In this document: positions 56,801-64,000 of the stretch, one piece after another
Layout: every line of letters begins with the position of its first letter
How positions within the stretch are numbered: the stretch's first letter is position 1
Assembly: GCA_050084515.1 (NCBI GenBank)
Contig: CM114271.1
Location: 14,942,001-15,006,000, forward strand
DNA length: 64,000 nt
Origin: Blasia pusilla
Lineage: Eukaryota
Reading direction: 5' to 3'
Notes under the pieces: generated by a model
What the model saw: the letters and a program-made list of their open reading frames with translations, nothing else
Databases searched by the model: none
Told to the model about the DNA's origin: nothing
Program-made: the position numbers and the translations under genes

Positions 56801-59800
56801 GATTTCACTCTTATTCTTCCTGTTTTTTGATTCTTGTCATTTCCATCTCCCTTCCTTTCTGTTTGTTTCTCCTCCTTTTGCGCTGGGACAAACTTGAAGC
56901 ACTGCAGCTGAAAGCTTCAGGGTATGATGTTGGATTCCTGTTGAACTGCGAAGGTTGGTGTGAGATCTGAATTTGGAGTGGAGTCTCTGAATGATAGATG
57001 TGACATTGCCGAGTTGAAGTGGCGGTGGCAGGTGGAGGTCATGGATCTCCATCCCTACCTAGAAGTGATTATGGGAACCACTTGGACCCAAAGAGTCCGG
57101 TGGAGCAGGTCAAATCCTGGATGAAATAGATCCAAGAGATTGTAAGTGCAACAATGCTGCCTACAGGAACTAAACTGTGGGAGCAAGAAGAGAAGTTCTT
57201 TGTGGATACTGTAACTAAAGTAGTGGGAGTGCATTCACACCAATATAGCATCAATGGCAGTCTGATGATGGACGATTCATATCTTTACCAGGACAGATCA
57301 CTGGTAGTGTGGCTGAGTGGCAACCAGGAGAGGTGGCAAAAATTTCAGCACTCAGTAGTGCCATCACCTGGCCGGGAGATTCGATAAGGGATATGGTCAT
57401 ACAGGTGACATGCCTGTAGCCATCGAGCAAGGCACCAAAATGTCAAGCCTTTCCCTCTTGAATCTGTATCCTGAATTTGTAGATCTGATAAGCTTTTTCG
57501 GGGGGACCCCTTTTATGGGAACCTGGCTAATATCTTGGTTGAGGAATGGGGTGTTCTGATTGGACCGCCAAATTCCAGGATGGGGACTTCACCAAAGTTC
57601 TGCATCTTTGGTGACGGTGAGGTTGAAATCCCCAGTCACTACTTGTTCCCCTGTGAGATAATCAGGACAGGAGGCAGTGCCAGCCTATGCTGAAACTACC
57701 CAGCTGTTACCACTGGAGATATTCATCACGGTCATTAGCCTAGGTTTGCCGCTGAAAGCTGCTGGGCTGGTTTGTAATGCGTATTAGGGATCCCAGTCAA
57801 ATAAGGTAGATAGTGTGGTGAAATTTTCTGGGTTGATATCTGGAAGCTCCTTCTCGGTGCCCACCGTACAAGACAATCTGCTCTTCACATATAATTTATC
57901 ACTTCTTCCAAATTGTCCCTGAATTGATGATTCTATTCCTCAAATTATTAGCACAATGCAGGGCTGGCCTTTTTAAGGATAGACTTCAGGCATTTTCAAC
58001 CTCCCTGTCTCCTTCATCTGAAGGTTGGACTAGTTGTTCTTCTATTGAAAACTCAGACTGAAATAGTGCTATCAGGTGTTCCATGTAAATTGTTATTTCT
58101 CATTTCTGATGTGAGCTTTGGAGAGAGAGAGAAAAGCAGTACGACCTTTACTTGTCTGAGAAAGTCTGTAATATGGGGACTGCTTGGTTAACCGAGGCTG
58201 ATTACTTCACCAAGATGGGCAATCATACCCATGTTTTTCCCCCAGCTTAGAAAAGGTTAGTGTATGGAGAAATTTTCAGGTTTAAGGATTTGTAATGTAA
58301 AAATACTGAACCCTCTTGTTCTCATTTTCGATCGGAGAACTGCAGTGAATAAGAAGATAGTCCTGCAGTCAGATCGTCTTGAGCTTAGGTGTACAATGTG
58401 TGTCTTACCTTATCAATCTGCTCCTGGATCTAAACTACTAGGTTTCCTCCTGAAGTGGATCATGAAAATTTTGAATTGGAACCCGAGTGTACAGTGTTTA
58501 TAATTCCCTGCAACGTGCTCCTGAATCTCAATTCTTCAGGTTACAAACCTACCAAGATCATGAGGAAGTTCAATTAAGGCTGTGAGGACAGCTGTCTGAA
58601 GACATCACCATGAGTGGTCACTGAAATGAGACATTCAAGCGCATAAATATAGGGGAAAAGCGTGACATTTTTGTGCCACGTTGACAGTAGGTATAGGGGG
58701 TAGTTGTGTTTGGACAGGTTCCCTCATGTGCCCATCTTCAGGTCCAAGGTCTCATGATGAAATCTTGATCATGAGACCACATGAGACCACATTGCTCTAT
58801 GATGTGGTCCAAGGTCTTCCCGCTGCTGTCAACTTTATATCAACATAAAAGTTAAGATTGTTTGGTAGAGGGAATAATTTTTCGGAAAGTGTTGATTTGT
58901 GCCCCTTGCTCTTCCATGGATTTGTCAACTGGACATTGACATACTTGAAAAGCAACGTTCTGCAGTAGATGGGAGTAATATACGGGACCTGCTGATTACT
59001 GTCCTGAGGAACACGGATTGTCCAGCTGATTTGAATGTAGTGTACTGACAACAGATATGGGTCAAACCACCAGAGGTGCTCGCTCGAGATCGGCTGCTTG
59101 CCTACTACAAGGTAAATCTTATTTGCACAAAGTGACTTGTTTGTCATGAGATACTGCGCAGAAGTTTCATGCTGGCATGATCATGAAATTCAAAAGGCAT
59201 AATTTACACGACCAGGAGCGCAAGATCTGTGTCATGTGGAAGACGTTGAGCACTTGTTTCCTTGGTCAATCCCGTGTAAGATCTTACCACAGACGTCGTT
59301 TTGATATCACCCTCCTCTTGTGAAGAGAGAAAGATTGATGCAAAGTTTAGGGTGCCCAAACTCTGCATACTTTTGCCAAAGTCGTGGTGAGCCTGGAGGT
59401 GGGCTTTAAAAGATTTCCTGTCATTGCCTTCCAAAATGTATCAACACAGATCACCACCACGACCTTTGAGAGCACGACGTTCACTGACGAAGTCTTCAAC
59501 CAAGCCTCAGGGGACGTGGTGTTGACAATGGTTTCAATGACGCGTGATCTTGGAATTTCAAATGCCAACATATATAGTGGGGTCTAAGAAAAATTCTAGG
59601 GGCTTGCTTATATTGCATGTATGCGATCAGAGCTGTTCGATTGCATTGCTGTTTCACGATTAGTCGTTTATAGACCTTACTAAAGCAGTCACTGCGACTG
59701 AATAATTGGATGTAGCTACGTGTGTAAGTGGACAAATCTTGTTCAGAATATCACATCAGGTTACTCCACCACAAAAAGTGGCGGGGAGGACTTCGAAGAT

Positions 59801-60145
59801 ATTCATAAACAGAAGATACTCACCAAAGTGAGTTTGGTGAGTGTCTGCGCGCAGGTGAAACCAGCGTTGAGGCGATTGAAGTTTACTCTCGTTAGTCTGG
59901 CCGTCTCTCTTGCGACTTGCTCTGTCCTTCTGTTCACTCTTCATGCCCCAGAGCGGGTTCGACCATTTCCAACCGGCATGGAAGAAGATTCTCCAGGTCC
60001 CTCGGTTGTCAGAGGTGTTTATAGCGACGCAGCTGCAAGAGGATTCGAACCAGAAGCTTTCACGGATGACGCAAATGACGATGTAGCTGAGCAATTTTTG
60101 GACAATTGTAGAGTTGCAGGGCCTATTGTCAACGTACAAATTTAG
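53866..60145 (+). CDS. DUF1230 / Ycf36-like (CGLD27-type) plastid membrane protein, 4 exons
   Basis: Exons 53866-54454, 54988-55016, 59055-59111, 59855-60145. Signatures CVVPREQQPVNEY, RLYLGWAYVGNRLFSATVEYEETGWYDGEIWVKPPEVLARDRL...VKP, SDAAARGFEPEAF. Confidence 0.92.
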
Positions 60146-60680
60146 CATGTATTTTCATATCTCGCTCGCATCTCGGTATGCCAGCAGCTGGGCACGCACT
60201 GTAAGTGAAATGTAGCTCAGAGTGCACCTCATTGGAAGGACCAACATGAGTCTCTCTTTCCGGGCTCCATCAGCATGTCGCGGGCTGTGTACAATATCCT
60301 ACAGCTCTAAGGAAATAATGTGTAAAATAGCCGATTTCCATCAGAATTTAACCGTACTTGGATGTTTTCCAACGGTGATTGTACCTTACCTGCTCTGGGC
60401 CAAGTTCTTCAGACCTCTGTGCATCGTCTCCTGCTACCCTTGTGCCTTTCTTCTACAGGCTGCTCCAATCACCTGCTTCCCATGAGTACCAGCAGATCAG
60501 ATTCTCCGTGTCGTGGCCTCCATCCTTGCAGCCTAGCGGATAGATCGAATCGAGTGGGCCTACGAAACCTAAGCCTGCCGATGAATGTGAACCCTGGTGG
60601 AGGAAAGGAGCGTCGGAAGACGCCGGATGCATCTTCGTGAGTCGGCACCTTCTGAGGATACTTTCTCATACGCGGCTCCA

Positions 60681-60803
60681 ATCACACGATCCTCCCGAGC
60701 AGCTGCAGTTTAGATTCTTCCCGAAAAGAATCCAAGCGAGGCTCCCATCACACAATCCCCCCGAGCAGCCGCAGTTTAGATTCTTTCCGAAAAGGATCCG
60801 AGC
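60681..60803. repeat. Tandem duplication with 66-bp period
   Basis: ATCACAC(G/A)ATCC.CCCGAGCAGC.GCAGTTTAGATTCTT.CCGAAAAG.ATCC.AGC at 60681 and 60747. Confidence 0.85.
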
Positions 60804-62264
60804 CTCGCTCGCGAAGTGGTGCTCCGATTCCCCACCCTCAGGGGCCAATAATGCCCCACGACCTCCGTCGAAGCGAGGTTCGGAAATGTACCGAACGCTG
60901 CGCAGGAGAGTCGGGCACACCGATGAGAACGGCGGTCGGTGATCGGCGAGCATGAGCCCGCGGACCCACAGCACCTACATCTATCCAGGACATCAACGAG
61001 CGGTCGAACCATGTGTCGGTGTGGCTCGCGAAGCAGCCGCAGCGGGTACATTGAGCGCACGTTGTGCCCGTGGGAGAAAGGGCGTCCAATAATACCAAAC
61101 GCTCGAAGGCGCAGGTGCAGTGCGCGCGGGGGAAGGGCGAGCGCTGGAGCTCTAGAGTAGCGGAGCACTCGAGATCCGGGCAGCAGCGTCAGTGCACCGA
61201 TTGGTTCGGACAGAAAGGTCGCGGGGGGGGCCGAAACAGCAGTCCTTTCCGCTTTGCGACAGCAGAAGCTTGTGAACCACAAGTGCGGATTCAAACTGCG
61301 TATATCTTGCTCTCCACGCAGCGCAGCGGTGCTTGCCCTTCGTTCGTCGATGCGAAAGGCGAGATCACTCCCTTGCTATAATTGCGGAGCAGTGCCGACC
61401 ATGGGCAAGCTTTCTCGTCCCACCGTTCTCCGCTCCCCTCATCCGATCCTGGCTCTGCTCGCGGTGAAGTAGGCAGCAGCGTAGGTCTGCGCAGGCTTGG
61501 ATCGCAGCGAGGACCGCGTCAAATCTCCTCGAGGTCTGGTGAAGAGCCGAGGCAGCTGCCGCATGTATGGCGCCATGTCTATCGCTCGCCATCTGTCTTC
61601 CCGACCGCTCTTAGCTCCCAGGCAGCGAGGCAGTCGGGGTATTTGTTTGCTACTTCCTTTCCTCCTCCCGGTCTCCACCATTACCGAAACCTTCTGCCTG
61701 GCCGTGGCGGAGCAGCAGCAGCAGCAGTGTTTGGAGCGGGGCTTCCAAGGCCCGCAAGCGCCGTGTCGGATCAGGAACATGCCCTATCTGTGCGTCGAGT
61801 CCTCGATCGTCAAGCGAATTGGATCCGTTGTGTAATCCATCGTCGCCGGTGCTTTCTAGACGAGTATAAGTAAAACCGTAGGCGAGTTCCGAAAGATTTC
61901 AAGGATTGTTGGATAGCAGACTGTCGATGCGCGCCAGGAAGCCGCATTTCGCGCTTTCTGTGCGCGGCTCGATTCCGTCTCCGGTCCTCTCCATCCTATG
62001 GTACCACCAACACCCCCACCGGCAGAACGCGCAACTGAAACTGGCGCACCGAAGCGCCGCAGTGCAGAGTAGAAGAATTGTGTAGAGGCGATCGGGGAGG
62101 CTCGAAGGCTTCGTAAAACCTTCTGGAGAGGTGCTCCTGAATCTTCTCATCAGCTCAATGTTGCCCACATCCGCTGAGAATTTGGCTTAGGATATCATCC
62201 ATGATTTGTCAAGACACGCGGGAGTGCCAATTATGGAACAACTTTCACAATTTTACTTAACCTC

Positions 62265-63777
62265 ATGGTGCTGACATATTCTCTCCCCATGGGTACTGCG
62301 TCTGCCGGGTTGCTCTCGTGGCAGAATTGTGCCGTGGGTGGTCTTCAAGGAACGAAAGATGAGCACGAAGTGACCATTCGGAGTAGGGGGAATTTCTCAA
62401 GACGGAACTATGGAAGGAGTCTACACAAGCTTTCATCCTCGGGAATGGCCGTACGACGAGCTTGTATGGCAAAATGGTATTGCGGAAACCGAGACAGGTC
62501 GAGGGATACACGTACTGAGGGTGTTAAACATGGGACCAGACAATCCAAGTCTTCCGACTCGCTAGGTTTTTCGAAGTCTTCGAATGGTGCGGGATTCAAA
62601 CCGTTGTTTCAACGCAGATTACAGATTTCTCCAACTGTTTGCAACGCGGACAATGGAGCTTTGCATGCTTCCACAGATTCTGAAAGTAACGGATCGTACG
62701 ATAGACGTCTAGACATACTAGCAAACGGCCCCGATTCTCAAGATGAGGGTAGTGGATTGCATGGATCACCAGCTGAATCTAAAGGACTCTTCAAGCGTTT
62801 TGTCGCATTTTTTAGGGCATTTCGTTCGATTCTGCCTTACGGTAGCTGGTGGAATGTTGGCGAGAGGGTCGAGAATGAGAAGCCTGCAATCACTTTCGTG
62901 AACGCGATGTGCCGACTGTGGGAGTTGATTTCCCCGGATAGATTAGTCATTGCCACGGCATTTTTCGCTCTGGTAGTCGCAGCTGTAAGTACTTCAAACG
63001 CTCCACTGAAGTGATTTATTGTTGTTCCATCTAAGAGCAAATGGAATTGCAGTGAATTCTCAAATTCACTATCCTAGTCTTTAGTGTCTCGTGGCTTTGG
63101 GGTGTGACTACCTATTCTAATTAAATCACGCGTTATCCACTTCTATCAGTTATCGGAGATCACCATCCCTCACTTTGTGGCGGCCACCATATTTTCGGCC
63201 CAAAGTGGCCTAACTGATAAATTCTACCGCAATGCCAAATTGTTAGCTCTCATGAGCTGCACCTACGGCCTATTCAGGTAAGTGACTGCCAATTGTTTTG
63301 GTTGATGAGTATTCATTCTGTACAGGTAATCAACTATTCGCTCGTGTTTGTAAATGTACTGGCTGTTATTCTGATCCGATGTTATCTTTGGAAGTATTCG
63401 TTTCTATGAGTCGTAGTGTGTCGTGTGCCAATGTAACCACGCCGAATTGTAAGAACATTGCATTTTGGTAGATACTAGTTCGTCACACACTCTGAAACGT
63501 AATTCTGCTTGATGGTTCAGTGGCCTACGAGGTGGATGTTTTGGAGTTGCTAACCAAATTCTGGTGAGCATGTAGTCCCTTAGATGAGCAGTAGTTGCCA
63601 TGCGGACTTGTTCTATTGTTGTCAAAAGATGTATTATGTAGTACTTTTGCAACTGGGATTGGTAGTATTGGAAGGCAGCAATACTAAACCCTACATAACT
63701 ATTCCATCTACCTGCTCACCTTTTCCTTTCAGGTGAGGAGAATGCGTGAAAAATTGTTTACGAACCTACTCAATCAG
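62265..63777 (+). CDS. ABCB26: ABC transporter B-family half transporter, ABCB26/TAP1-like; 5' part only, continues past the window
   Basis: Exons 62265-62984, 63150-63277, 63521-63563, 63733-63777: ILPYGSWW...LWELISPDRLVIATAFFALVVAALSEITIPHF.AATIFSAQ...SGLRGGCFGVANQILVRRMREKLF..LLNQ, after a long transit-like N-terminus. Confidence 0.88.
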
Positions 63778-64000
63778 GTACCTCTACTGGAAGCTCAAAT
63801 CGATTTTGGGCTCTCTCCTTGCTCCATCTCCTAACATATCTCCTAAAATCATGCCAAGTGTACTTCGCTAAAGTTTGGACCCTAGATCCTGAGATGTGCT
63901 AGTCCACTCTGCTATCCTTTCCAAGTTCTACACAATAATTTTGACCCCAAGTTAGAAGAGGCGCACCTAGTTTGTTCATTCCGCTTCAACCTGAAAAGTC

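Overview
Eukaryotic land-plant nuclear DNA; a non-seed plant such as a bryophyte is a tentative inference. Five spliced host genes could be reconstructed with GT-AG introns and consistent phases: (1) organellar glutathione reductase (8041-13485, -); (2) a 10-exon, ~446-aa gene that the ORF track only shows in fragments, encoding a transit-like peptide, a PhyH/2OG-oxygenase-like fold lacking its iron ligands and TPR-like repeats (26143-29972, -); (3) a BET1-type Qc-SNARE (47095-49107, +); (4) a DUF1230/CGLD27-like plastid membrane protein (53866-60145, +); (5) the 5' part of an ABCB26/TAP1-like half transporter (62265 to window end, +). The intergenic space holds nested, decayed transposons: a chromovirus 3' end and its solo LTR, a ~8.9 kb PIF/Harbinger element and small Helitrons. 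The most striking feature is a decayed Ty3/Gypsy pol (17378-21460, +) with a DNMT3-like cytosine-5 DNA methyltransferase domain upstream of RT and a PHD finger after integrase. A second fragment of this family lies at 1-682. All calls come from manual reading; no database searches were run.
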